Origin: Mytilus californianus
Lineage: Eukaryota
DNA: 64,000 bases
Direction of reading: 5' to 3'
Assembly: GCF_021869535.1 (NCBI RefSeq)
Contig: NW_026262712.1
Location: 27,404,001 to 27,468,000, forward strand
How positions within the stretch are numbered: position 1 is the stretch's first letter; each line of letters begins with the position of its first letter. Below are positions 23,322 to 36,400 of this stretch, one piece after another. A program made the translations under genes and the position numbers. Under the pieces are notes generated by a model. It was not told where the DNA came from. It did no database searches and saw nothing but the letters and a program-made list of their open reading frames with translations.

Positions 23322-26300
23322 AATCCAAGTAGAAATGAAAGTTTTTGAAGACATTTGACTATTTCTATTATTAGTTAGAGAGATGGACAATATAATTTTG
23401 AAAACTAATGTGTAACTATATAATTGTATAACAAATGAATTACATTGTATCTAATAAATTTTGCTACGTAGAAGTATTTGGTTTTGAATTTCTTTTTTTA
23501 TCAACAGAAAGTTGAAAAAGTAGAAAAATATTGTCGGAGCTGTTTCTCATATTGGGTGACAGAAAGATATCATTGTTCCTCAGTATTAACATTTTTCTTT
23601 ATGCAATTATCAAGCCCTCTGCAATCTCTAATTTAAAGAAATAGATCCATAAAATGAACAAGTGATTTATATTGGAATAAAAGACTGTAAAGGTGCAAAC
23701 AAAATAAATATTACACAGGAAATGTTTGTCAATCACAAAACACACACAGACACACAACTTATTTTTTAAACTTACTTCTCATTGCTTCATATTTTACTGG
23801 ATAATAAGAGTTTCTAGAAGGTGCAACTCTCAATAGAACTCGAGTGAGTGTTGTTTAGTCGCAAATATTTCATGCATGTTCAGAATGAGTCCATTCTATA
23901 CAAAACCATACTGAGTTCTTGCAGAGAATCTGCTGATTTTAATAATTTAACCTAAATCCAGTATTTGCAACAAATTGTAATTTTTCTGGAAAGAAAATTC
24001 AAATGAAAATTAATGTTCCTATTGTAATATTATATGTTCCCATGGGAAGAAACAAATTGTTCCCATAGGAAGAAACAAATTGTTCCCATGGGAAGAATAA
24101 ATGTTCCCATGGGAAGAAAAATTGTTCCTATGGGAAGAAAAATTGTTCCCAACGGAAGAAAAATTGTTCCCATGGGAAGAAAAATGGTTCCCATGAGAAG
24201 AAAAATGGTTCCCATGGGAAAAGTTAATTCCCATGGGAACTTTTTATATTCATCTTTTCCCATGGGAACTTTAAATTTCCTATGGGAACTCTAAACTTCC
24301 CATTGGAACAGTCATTTTTCCCTTGGGAACTTTAAATGTTCCCATGGGAAATTATAATATTCCTATGGGAATTCTCAAATTTCCATGGAAAATGTACTTT
24401 TAATCAGCTGCAGTGACAACAGTGACAACAGTGACAAGTTGGGACATATGGGATTTTTAAAATTTTTTAAATATCTATTGCTGGGCAAAATTTTTTTTTG
24501 ATATCTTGTAAACCGACAAAGTCAGATTTGCCAATTCTGGAATGGCAAATTTGTCCTGCACAGTGTTAACGTCTCGTCCTTTTTCTAAAAATGTTGATCA
24601 GAAGATACCAAGACCTTGTTGATAAATATTCCTTTTCGTATCTTTCGCCTCACTTTTAAAGTACACTATTAAACATATTAGTGAAAGTACAGACTGCCAA
24701 GAGTAAGGTCTTGTTTGGCAGATTTAAATATGTTGGAAATCTATATGCTAATTTTAAGCTCAGTGTTGGTTCTTATATTCAGCAAGTTTGCATTTCCTAT
24801 ATGCCTTTGCAGAGGGACAACAAAAACTTCAATTTGACATAATTTATTCAGTTTTGATATTTTATTTTTTTCTATATTCTTTATTAATGCTCCTTTAGCC
24901 ATTGATAAATAAAACTTCTAAAAAAATGTGTTCAATTGTTTGTTTCCTTACGATATGCACGTGTAGTGCATGTATTCTAAAAAAATAATTTATTAATAAT
25001 GGAAAAAATACCATGGAAATGGCAAGGCATTTAAATGTACATTATCTTTTTTAAAGTTTTGTAAGACAATTTATTTCTTGTTGCAAATTGGCGTACCTCA
25101 CAGTTATCACTTGATATTCTCGCTTTATTGTATCCTGTTCCAGAACTATATCATCTACATATCAGTAAAAACAAATTTGGCATTTTACAATGCATATAAA
25201 AATACCACTGACAATTCTCCGCTCATTGTAACTGTAATGATTGAAAAGTGTTTGACATCCCTAATTGATTGACGGTTGTTTTAAAATTGTTATCAATCTC
25301 AGTAAACAACTGTCTAACAAACACAGTCAATACAAAGTGGATCAATCTTCCAGTTAAAATGATTGACAAAACTAACTTACACTTTTTTTCAAAACAAGTT
25401 GATATTCAATTAGATAATGAATAATCGATGGCATTTTCAAATGCAGTATAATTGGTGAACATTCATTTCACAAGTCTTGCAAACCGACAGAAATGCATAA
25501 TAGATGGGAGTTTTTAGCATTTTTTCGGTTCATTTATCTTAAGAACTCACGTGTATTACCTGCATAAATAAAAGGAATGGTTGCTGAGTGCTTGTTATCT
25601 CATATAAATCAAATGTGAAGAATCATAGGAATTATTTTTTCAAACCTCAAAATGGAAATATTTTACGTCATTGTCAGACCGAATTTCGGCTTTTTCAGAT
25701 TTTATCAGCCAATCACAACAGTTAATTTTTATGTACACGCTTAAAAATATTACCCAAAATGCATAAAGATTCTCAAACGGCGAAATGTAACAAGTATTGG
25801 CATTAAAATACCACATTTATTCAATATTATTGGTGTATTATCGACAAACAACCAGTATACATTACAAATTCACAAAATGATATATTTCTGGTATTTTTCC
25901 ATTAATTTGACCCGATTTGTCATAGCTTAAAACAGCTTGGTACTTACGGAATCTGATGTGTAACCAAGGAAATGCTGTAATATCTATTAAGTAAAAGTAG
26001 ATCATACATTACAGAAGATGACTTGAGGACTTGTGAGAACGCACTCGTAGAGCCATGCATAATCTAGTGAAATTTGAAAGTAATATTTAGCTTCAATGAA
26101 GTATTTTCCTAATTTACAATTATTATCTTCAATAAAATTGTTTCCTTATTTACAATATTTGCCTTCTTTGGGGTTGTTTTCTTAATTTTCAGAGGAATGA
26201 TGAAGGTTTTACAATTATATACTTTACACAGTTCATAGACTTGACCCGTTCTGCAACACATATGTCTATATGTATCTACCGATTATTATTTATGATATAC

Positions 26301-27485
26301 ATAAAGACTTTATTATAACTATTTAAACTCTTATTTCAAGTACGATAGCTCAATCAAAGTACACACATAGAGATATTAATCCAATTATGAGAAATTTTGA
26401 ACTTTAAACTTTTAACTGAAATTGTCATTATCCCGCTTACAGGAATTATTGCCATTGAAAGATGATTTTTTATTCATTTTATTTTTTTTTTCAGATATCA
26501 TTATAGTTAGAGAGAAACTATTGAAAGCAAAGACAATAAAATATGTCAACATTACCGAAGTTATCAACCGACTCCTTTTCAATGTATGTGTTTGCACAAA
26601 CTATGACAATAGCTAGTGTGAAACAGTAAAACAGAAAAACTGTTCACCACAATAAGATCTACAAATCAATCAAAGGCTGAAACTAACTGTCGAATCCATG
26701 TAGAAGTTATTTCCCCTGAACGATGACTTTTATCCATCTTTTACATTTTTGTCAAATAATATTGGGAGTAAAATTGAATCTTTAAAAAGCAAAACAATCA
26801 GCAAAACAAGATCTGCATGTAAATCAACTTGGTCAAATAATCAACATAGTTACATGTATTAGAATTGTTGCCTCAATGACTTTTTTTTTTATCTCAAAAA
26901 CTGTTACAGACCATTATAAACTGTAAACGGTCACAATATCATCATAAGAGACCTACAAAAAAGCCGCTAAATAAGATCTATAGAAGAGCAAACATATTAA
27001 ACTGATTGCAATAATTGAAAAAAACAAATTACCAAAATGTCATATTTTTACCCGGTAAGCTATTCAGGATCTTTGGAACCTCTTGTTCTTTTTAAACTCT
27101 GCTGTCTTTATGGTATATGCATGCAAAAAACTTAATATATAATTGAAACTTGTAGAAACAAATAAAAGCATAAAATGGTCCAAAAAATTGTGTTCCCTTC
27201 AAAAAATCCCTGATCCGTCCCTGCAAAAATAAGTCTAAGACTTAAACCTTGATATAGCGTTCCGTGGAAAACTTTTCTTTCTCCACCGCCGCAGTATTGT
27301 CGGCATCAAAGTTCAAGAATCATTTGCTGTTGGAGAAAATTTACAGCAGAGCGATATTTGTTGGGTTGTAAGTGTATAAACATTGTAAGATGTCGAAAAC
27401 TAGGTGGATAAAAATGTCATCTTGAAGAGCCAGCACAAAATCCACCCTATAGTCTTTGGCCTAATCAAATTTGCTCGTGTAAGGT

Positions 27486-27668
27486 GGGTCTCATTGGGAT
27501 CTAAGCATGACCCGGGATTGCCGATTGCTTGTAAGCGTGACACGTGAAAGTCAAATTATTGTGCCGTGAAAACGGGAAATGAAGTCTAGCGGGACATAAT
27601 GTAAGCGGGATACGGGAATCTGACAAAACAGTAAGGGGGATCCAGGATCAGAACCCCCAATGAGACCC
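27486..27668. mobile_element. Small MITE (~183 bp)
   Basis: TIR GGGTCTCATTGGG / CCCAATGAGACCC. Confidence 0.6.
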
Positions 27669-28174
27669 CCTGGAAGGTGTACGGAGAAAGTATAATTATA
27701 ACAATCAAATAATTGTAAAGCGGATTACCGTCATAACTTTTGAAATTATACAACCGTAACGGCTCACGTTTTATATATCTGATTGAAATCGATTTTTCTT
27801 CGTCTTGTTCGATTTTATCAAAATAATGACATATTTAATCTCTCAGCGAAAAGTAGGTTACTTGAATTTTTACAAATTTGACCCAAAGCTTTTGCAATAA
27901 TAACAAAGAGCTTTTACAATGAATTTTACGTAGTCACTATATCAAACACTAAGGGTCAATTTTGTTTGAACAATTGTTGGTCTAGCTATTTAATATATTT
28001 ATACATTTAAAATCACTTTAAAGTATTAAACAAGGTTGATTTTATCATTGTTCTTTTTAAGAATAACCAGAAACGTAAATGAGATGAGATGCGGGGCATA
28101 TATTTATAAATGTCAAAGCAACGACACCCAAAAAAATTCATATTAAGTTATGTAAAAAAATCTTCCTATATCAG

Positions 28175-28520
28175 TGGGTATGGGTTTAATTTACAGAATA
28201 GAGAATAATTGGCAAAAAGTGCAAAATAAATGAAAAAAAGATAGAGAAAAACTGACGAACAAAAAAAAAAGAATAGAGAAAAACAGGCAAAGAAGATAAA
28301 GAATAGAGGAAAACACGCAAAGAAAATAAAGAATAGATAAAAACAGGCAAACAAAATAAAGAAAAGAGAAACTTGAACAGGCAACACTAATCAAAAAGAT
28401 AAATTATAACGGGGTGCATAAATATAAAGAAAAGAGAATAATGGTAGAAATAAATAAAGAATAGAGAAAAATTGTTAAAAAATAAAGAAGGAAGAAATGA
28501 AAGACCCCATCCAGACCCTC
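28175..28520. repeat. Degenerate MITE-like element with A-rich internal repeats
   Basis: Repeated AAAATAAAGAATAGAGAAAA(AC)AGGC units; end AAGACCCCATCCAGACCCTC, left end degenerate. Confidence 0.4.
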
Positions 28521-28900
28521 ATATAATATACTCGTAAGTTTCAGTCATATCAGGAAATATTGCAACTGATCCATTTAAAAAAAACTAGCTGTGATTGACT
28601 ACTACTATTGACGCAACAACACAATTGCGTGCTCACCCCCCCCCCCCCCCCCAAAAAAAAGAAAATGAACAGGGAACAAGAGAGAGGTGGGATAGAAAGT
28701 GCATAAATATCAGTTATAATATTTGTACGAGGCTAATTAACGGGTGACATGCGAACCTGCACGAGCATTTATCTCCTGTTTCGATCTCAGAAGCTATACA
28801 GCTGATTAGGGGACAACCATTTAATTTTTTGGGGCGGAAAAGGGGGGCAGGATTTTGTAAATGAATATCTTGGCCTGATGAGAGCTGAATATTTATATAA

Positions 28901-29036
28901 TAATGTTGTGTTTAACATTGACTATGTGAAAATAGTAGCCAGGGTGAGAGACAATAGTGCACGACCCGAAGGGGAGTGCACTATTCTCTCAAACCCTGGC
29001 TACTATTTTCCATAGTCAATGTTAAACACAACATTA
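28901..29036. repeat. 136-bp near-perfect hairpin with C-GAA-G apex (putative Crypton end)
   Basis: TAATGTTGTGTTTAACATTGACTATG..AAAATAGTAGCCAGGGT..AATAGTGCAC-GACCCGAAGGGGA-GTGCACTATT..ACCCTGGCTACTATTTT..CATAGTCAATGTTAAACACAACATTA. Confidence 0.9.
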
Positions 29037-29713
29037 ATATCATTATTATACTGACTGTTTACTATTTTGAATAGTGACTTTAGTGTATTTCAATGTAAAA
29101 AAATGCCTTTTATGTAACCTTATCAACATATATTTGCTGTCTTAACGAGACTTTGACTTTGTCTTCATAGCTGCTAGAAAGATTAACAAAGGAATTGATT
29201 CAATAGTATGTTTTGAGGTGAAATGATTGATTTTAACTCTGTATCTGAATATAAATCATTATTGACATACAATAGAATACTGGTTGGCCTGGTGCTAGAA
29301 GTTGTGTTAAACTTGCTATAAGGTTCCAGCGGTTTGCTCATTGTTGAAAGCTTAAACTCATGTTCAATTCAAGATGAAGAAGTACAATTAAAGCATTATG
29401 TCCTAGATTTGGTTACCCTGTATTATTTTGGATTTGTCTCAAAAAGGTGTACTCCAAACCTCTTCCATTTCATTTATTAACCTTCTCCACAGTACTCTAT
29501 AACTTAAAAAAAAAAACAAGTAATATTAACAGTAAATTTCATTTATTACAATTTATCTGTAACAAATGACTATTTTGGTTTCAATAGCAGTAAACATATG
29601 TAAACAAATATAAAATAAAGTTTGAACAGAAACTACGGTATTTTAAAGTCTCTTAAATGTCCGCATAATTCAAATAATATCTACTACAATGTATTTTCCA
29701 TTATTGTTCAAAT

Positions 29714-32235
29714 TCAATTATTGTAATAATTGATATTAACAGTACAATTTGAAATATTAATCAATTGCATCATCTTCATTTGCTTTGGGGCACTTATTTG
29801 GTGGTCAGAATTCTCCACTGATTGGCAATAGTCCACCAAAACATCATCAGGTAGTCCCAGAAAGTCAATGATATCTGGATTATATGGTGCAGTTTCAACT
29901 GATATATTTAAACAAAATCAGCTTTTGAGTGTGAACAAAGTACCAATACTATTAGATAACAAATTATTCTAGTTGAATATAAAAAAAAGTTGCATAAATA
30001 GTTTTTGGCCATATTTACACATATAGCGGTACATCATTTGTACTATCAAAAACAAGTAAAAGCGTACTTTCATTTTTAAATGTATTGAAGAATGTTGAGA
30101 CATAAATGTATTTACATGTGTTAAATATGTAATTAATTCACCTGAATGCCATTTTGTTCATGAACTCCATTATATGTAACGGGACATGTAGGAGAGTGAC
30201 TTTAAGGAAGATCTCATTGTTGAAGACTATGTGACAAACATTTTGTCATTTATTTCATGTTGTTGACCCAAAATATATGTTGAATAGTTAATACTATTTC
30301 AATAGTACCTGAATACAAAAATAAAAAGGAGAAAATACCTTGCCTCTTACTATTTCTAACAGCAGAAACAGTCTCTATTACTGGTAGTGGTATTGGCTGT
30401 TCATTCTCATCCGATGTGAAGGTAGAAACAGTCTTTTCCTGGGACAAACTAACTGTAATATAAAGAATTCAGTTTGCTTTTGCACTATCTTGCATGTAAG
30501 GAGAACTATTTATATATTATATACAGACTATATGTACAAAAGGAGCCATATGAACAGTTGTCTTATCTTGAAACAGTACAAACCAAGTTTAGTGGCAAAT
30601 ATTAGAATACAATTATCGATGTGATTTTATTGTGCTATAATATTTGATGGGAGTCAATGCTACAATGTAGTGTGCTATATTTCATGGTACCAACAAAACA
30701 AATAAATACATGCATTTCTCCTAGGTCATTTTTTCTTTGCATTTCTTTGATTATTTTGATAGTTTACATGATTATACTTACTAGTTACACTCCTACTTTC
30801 TGTCTGTTGTAATGTTCCATAGGTACATTTACTTAATGCATCAGACATACTCTTTTTCTGTTTATCTGAAATGTATTTATAAAAAAACAATGAAAACATT
30901 TATATGAGTTCAGAAAATGATTGACAGACAGTAAAATTAATTTATAAACATGCACAATAAAATAAAGAAATGTACAATAGTCATTAGAATAAAGAATATA
31001 TAAATATTGTACTCAGTCATTTCACACATTTAACCCAATACCGTTTTGAGATTTTACATTAAAATTTTGGATAAACTCAATTATGATATTGAAAGCAGAA
31101 ATATTCTTACAATATTGTCGTAATTCAATGTATATTTTTGTTATTATATGTACACATGATGTACTGCGTAAGATATATAGATATATCTTTTAACTGTATT
31201 CAAATTTGAGCAATTGCACAATGAATATTAAATATTTGTGTAGCATTTACCTGAATTATCATAACAATAGCTTGATAAAGATGCCTCATTTCTGTGTCCA
31301 CTGATAGTCTTGATGTGACGGGAAGCCACTATAGTCCAGCATGTTGACCGGATACAGTGGTTGGTGTATTCTCTAGATAGTTTTGCTGACTTTGACAAAT
31401 TCTTCATAAACACTTTTATGGTGTTTTGTCCAATGGGTTCGTTCCTGAACCACATATCATCTTGTTCACTGTATGAATTCTTTGGGTGCAAGAATAATCT
31501 GTTACTTGCATTATTGTGTTTCTTTAGATATTTAACAAAAGACTTAACAGGACATCTATCTGTGCCAGTAGCATACATCATTCCCCCTGTACCCTCCGTC
31601 TCATTTGTAGTACCTTGGTGGTAGTTTGTTAGTTCTGTTGTAAGTTTACGGACATACATCTGCCCTTTTTGATCCGAGTCAACTTTAAATTCATCAACCT
31701 TCAATTGTGAGAGATTTTCTTGACCCCTTCTGCAGAAATATAAGATTGTCTCGAATATAGTTTTATTTAGGAGGCCCTGAGGAGTTGACGTGTTAAAAAC
31801 TAGTGGGTGTTTATAAAGCATTTTCAAATCCTCCAGTGAGATAGCCTCATGGTGGGTGACAGTTCCTTTCCCCTCTTCTCTCGTTTTCCTGAGTAGGGAA
31901 GTAAAATTGTCGTTCGCTCGGGTAAATTCAGGGTCGGTTATTATGTCAAAAAACCTGTCGTTCTCCTTCAGATATCTATTTATGCTCTGTCGTATGGCTA
32001 GAAGAGTGTTTTTCTTGTAATATTCTTGACTTTTATTTCGGATGTTGGCATAAAAATCTTGCAATAAATTTGCGATTTCATCTTTTGTGGCTTCCAAAAT
32101 GTCAATTTCCATACCTCTTTCAACAATGAAATCTGACAAAACTTTAACAGCAAAATTTGTTTGTTGACCAGTTTTCTTGGACTTAAAGTTCTCTTTTCTA
32201 AATTTTGTAGGGTCGTCTTGACCAAACCGCGACAT
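29714..32235 (-). CDS. Crypton tyrosine recombinase (DUF3504/KCTD1-ZMYM-related), 3 exons, ~427 aa, possibly inactivated
   Basis: Exons 31251-32235, 30339-30452, 29714-29898, all phase-1 GT/AG junctions, 1284 nt total. Motifs FCRRGQEN (R), TNHCIR (HxxR), ISGHRNEASLSSY (H, Y) and typical C-terminal NISNCTVNINY. The usual TKNHQG lysine reads TNYHQG and a short in-frame deletion appears after HCIRSTC. Confidence 0.85.
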
Positions 32236-33414
32236 CTTGCTTGTTTTGTTTTTTTGCAGACGACAGTATAGTCATTAAGCGACTTTAATTAGTGGTTTAT
32301 AACATCGTTATTTCAAGCGCACATATGATCAGGCTAATAAGTCCAGCCCACTTCTCTGTTAATGCAACAAAGCTCCGCCTTTTCACGTGAAATCAAACAA
32401 TGATTGACGTTAAAATCAATAGTCCATTGCAACAGCAAGACATACTATTTTCGCATAGTGCAGTTAACGCTATATATTTCTTTTAAAAACTATGCAAAAA
32501 TAGAGTAATTAAACTATAGAAGGACATTCTTACAGGAAGTATAATAATTGTCTATTGTTTATGACCATATGTAGTCCATTTTGGGTAAAACCCTTTTTGC
32601 GTGGCTCAGTATTTATACATCCCGCCATTTTGTTAATGTGCTATGGTCATTTCAACAAAAGAGGTAAGCGCAGTAACTGTTGCTGTACAGTTATATCAAG
32701 AAAATTCACATAGTATCGAATTTTTTTTTATCAACTATGATTTGTTATTGTTGGCCTTATGTGCATGAAACCATTTCAAGGATTACATCTGAAATAAGTT
32801 TAATTTGCTCTTCCTACCAAGTAGATCTTTGATATAACCACATACAGTGTACATCTACAACAGAGATATTATATAAACAAAGTATTAGAATATAAAGTTA
32901 AACAGAGAACGTCTTATGGTGTATAAAACAAATCAAATATCATCATGCACATTTCATTTCAAAATACATAAATATCAAATTGATAACTGTAATGATGATA
33001 ATACTGTATTAATAGTAATACAAGTTTACCCCCTTTTTCCGTAAAGTTCTACCCTCATTCCCAAATAAAATAAATTTACGACCAACTCTAAATTAATAGA
33101 GCCTAGATTGTGAATGAATTTAACAGAATTATTCAGAGGATTAGATGTTTTATGAGCTTCAAAATCCGAAACAGTGGTGCCATATGCTTTTTTTTCTGAA
33201 GAGAGTAAGTAATCAGTCACGTGAACGAATACATTGTATGGAGTTTTGATTTTATTATTTCCTCTGATTTTTTCCATTTCCTTGCAACTTCGTAACCTTT
33301 TTCACAGGTAAAACTGTTCGCATTGCAAAATCAATTGTAATCGCTTCAAAAGAGTTTTAATTTTACTTCTCTGTAACATTTGTACTTGCATGGTTTTATG
33401 GAAATAAACTATCT

Positions 33415-33445
33415 ATCTATCTATCTATCTATATATCTATCTAAC
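33415..33445. repeat. (ATCT)n microsatellite
   Basis: CTCTATCTATCTATCTATCTATATATCTATCTA. Confidence 0.85.
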
Positions 33446-36400
33446 ACTTGTTCTGTTCGAATTCTCAAGGAATAATGAAAAGTCACATGACAAACGAAGC
33501 ATACATTTTGTTTCATTGATGACGCATTAGGAAGCAATATCAACACAGCAGCAAGATGAGCAAAACAGCATATATCATTACGTAACAGTTGTAACTACAC
33601 GAATATTAAATAGATATAGAGGAAAACAGTCATATAAACATAAACCAGGTACGACCTTCTTAATTCTATATATCCGTATGTATCTGGCACTTTGACATTG
33701 TCTCTGAGATGAATTCAAGAGTACTTTCCAATGAATAAACTAAATGCTTCCCTATTTTGGCATTCATCCAATACATTATATCCATACGACATACAAATGC
33801 AGAGACATTTTTTTTTATATCATGAAGTTAACGTTAGCAATGGTTAAAATACGACATAATATAATTTTATGTTCTCATATTTCCCCTCAGTAAATATGTA
33901 GGACTCTAAAGTGCGATGGGAACGCTAAAGTACGATGGTCACGCTAAAGTGCGATGGTCTGCGCTAAAGTGCAATGCCTCCATACGCTAAAGTTCGATGG
34001 TCCGCGAAAGTTTAGACGTAACAAACGTAGTTGGATTATGACGTTAACATTCGTTTATACAAACCAAAAATGTACATGCCGGAAGATAAATTAAGAATAT
34101 TTGAATAAAAAAATTTAAACCAAATGTCCATGACTTTGTTTCAAACTTAACATTGCTTTGTTGGCTGAAGCAAATGTGTTTTTTTTCGGGTGCTGGAAGA
34201 AGGACTTGTGGCCTGCAGCCGACCATTTTACTATATAGATATAAAATAGTATACGCATAGGTATCCTGTATCCTGCTTCTATTGGAAGCGAACGGATACA
34301 TTTAAATCATTGTTTACGTTGCAGTTTACTTTGCAGTTCCGGTTAAAACTTTGTCAATTTTATTGAAAAGTAACGTCGGTAATATAAAGGTAAATGTTTT
34401 TAAGCGTAAATTATAAATTGTCGGCTAAAACATAGATTGTACATTGGAGGAAAATATAACATGTATTTGTACTCGTTACGAAAAAGGAGAAAGCTCGGCT
34501 TCAAGCCTTTTACAAATAAATGTTACTCATTCCGACGACGGTGGAGGGGGAGGGGGGGGGGGATTGGTTAGTTCAGGTTATTGATAGACTGTGTGAGCGG
34601 CAAGCTACACCAATTATCCAAATATTCATTACGTCCGGGTTGTTAAAAATTCATTTAACAGGAAATACAGTATTTTGTGACACCTAAATTACCTTTTAAG
34701 CAATTATTACGTGGTCGGTCTTCTAAATTTAGAAACAATCACTTAAACCTACCGGTAAATTATAAAGCCTATCACATATATATGCATACTACCTATTGCA
34801 AAAAGATTAAATTAATTACTGACTATTTTTTTAAAAATCAATGTATTTTAACGTTTTAATCACTCGAACCTTACCCTATTGGTCCATTGCATTTTAGCGT
34901 GATATGCAATCTAGACTGGTTCCCGATCGCAATATTCAGTATGTTACACATATACCAATATAACGACCGGGACGGACTTTACGTTACCTTGAACTTGTTT
35001 ACAACGTTCTTCAAAATCGGAGGTATTTCTAAACCAAACGCCGTCATTTGGCGAACTATTGAATGATGGCGTCCCTGGAAACGCCCCTTCACAGGATGAA
35101 TTCCGATATCAATCTCTCGGAGATGTGACTGTCATTTAAATATTATAATTTAAAAGATAAACAGGAACAAATAAGAATAAAAAAAAAAATGTTCCAATTA
35201 AAACAATTTTTTGATGCCAAAACTAGGACCTGAACAGAGAAATGAAATATAAAGGCCACACTGCGCAAAACAGTAAATAATCTTCAGATCAATGAAGGAC
35301 TACTGAAAACCTAAAGAAGAAGAAGAAGACATGAAAGGACCTGAGATTCTACGATCATACTTATTCAAAATTAAATCACTGTTTTATTTTTCAATGGATT
35401 TCCTTCAACTCTAGATTTTGTGAAACGAAAAAATTCTATATATAAATAATGTTCAAAAAGAAATTATGAAAAATATTGTTGTCAAAACTCGGACCTTAAC
35501 GGGAAATTAAAATATCTGCTGAATTTTATTTTACTTTTGCTACAACATTTGGTCAGGTTTTGTTCAGAGTTTTCAATCTGGTAAATAATAATTATTCATG
35601 AAAAGTTACTAACAGATGATGGACTTCATGGGGTTTGGAATAGCCCATTCTAGCTTTTGTCAAGGTCCATATTATTATTGATAGTAGTGCTCTGGCAATA
35701 TATTGTCCTTGATCACTTGTAAGAAATTAAGAAATTTTGGCAAAATTCTCAATTTCCTAGCGCAATAACTCTCACAAATTTAATACCAACAGCAAGAGAC
35801 TCAACTTGAAATCTCACTTATAAATATAAGATTACAAACCAAAAATAGAAACATCTCAAACTGAAACTGAAGTGACAAGGATAGACAGATGGACGGACAG
35901 ACCAAAAGAAAACATATAAAGTCATGGTGTTTATAAGAACACTTAACACATAACATAGGTAAAATCTCTTTGTTCTTATTGTGCTACAATCTGGATAATG
36001 CACATCTAAGGTGTGCATTAACTACCTCAGATATACTCACGTGGATATACTGCACAGTTCAAAAGTACTCTTACCTTTAGGGGCGGATCCTGGATTTTGT
36101 AAGGGGTGTAATTCCATAAAATTAAAAAAATATCACCGAGTGTAGCGAGACTAAAAACCAATTTTGATGATTTTAGTGTCAAAATATGAAATAGAAAGTG
36201 TTTCTCATTCCTTAAACTAGGACAAAAAATATTTGATTTTGTGTACAGTGCAAATCTTAAATAAGTGCTTCAAAGTCAAGCCAGATAATAACTATTTTAT
36301 TTATTTCTGCCAAAAAAGAAATGCATTTTTGAATATCCAAATCAATGAAATCTGATTTGGATTACCCGGTAGTTTTTGTGCTCAATGGAATTTATTACGA

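Larger units (their letters stand above)
16654..24567. mobile_element. 7.9-kb TIR DNA transposon (CMC/CACTA-like architecture, no transposase seen), 4-bp TSD AACG
   Basis: Left end AACACTGTGCGGGACAAATTTGCCATTCCAGAATTGGC.. mirrors right end ..GCCAATTCTGGAATGGCAAATTTGTCCTGCACAGTGTT over ~250-300 bp; AACG at 16650-16653 and 24568-24571; subterminal arrays of TTCCCATGGGAA (16830-17240, 24035-24390). Confidence 0.85.
16425..24665 (+). pseudogene. Penelope-like reverse transcriptase C-terminal fragment (16425-16653 + 24568-24665), split by the TIR element
   Basis: Translates as STRI*DKRDDFDFEIIN..SNIPTSPAYGIYIS..RACSCYTDFIKRHQCLSRKLTNQGYVKE|RLVLFLKMLIRRYQDLVDKYS; removing 16654-24567 and one AACG restores the frame (GAA CGT CTC). 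Confidence 0.7.
28901..32507 (-). mobile_element. Crypton-type tyrosine-recombinase DNA transposon (boundaries approximate)
   Basis: YR gene flanked by two inverted pairs of the motif TACTATTTT(C/CG)CATAGT: 28921-28938/29000-29016 and 32443-32459/32489-32507. Confidence 0.65.

Noticed and set aside
24019-24294. Three overlapping ORFs with SHGN / FLPMGT / VPMGRK repeats
   Set aside because: Translation of a stop-poor 21-bp tandem repeat in several frames; non-coding subterminal array.
28166-28394. Phe-rich ORFs resembling membrane proteins
   Set aside because: Antisense reading of an A-rich repeat.
30140-30225. Possible extra exon of the Crypton recombinase
   Set aside because: Its donor phase is incompatible with the final exon, whereas skipping it gives a clean phase-1 join.
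33905-34015. Possible CRISPR-like repeats (also 45125-45240)
   Set aside because: Head-to-tail ~19-bp units mirrored at the other end of a TIR element; these are subterminal repeats.
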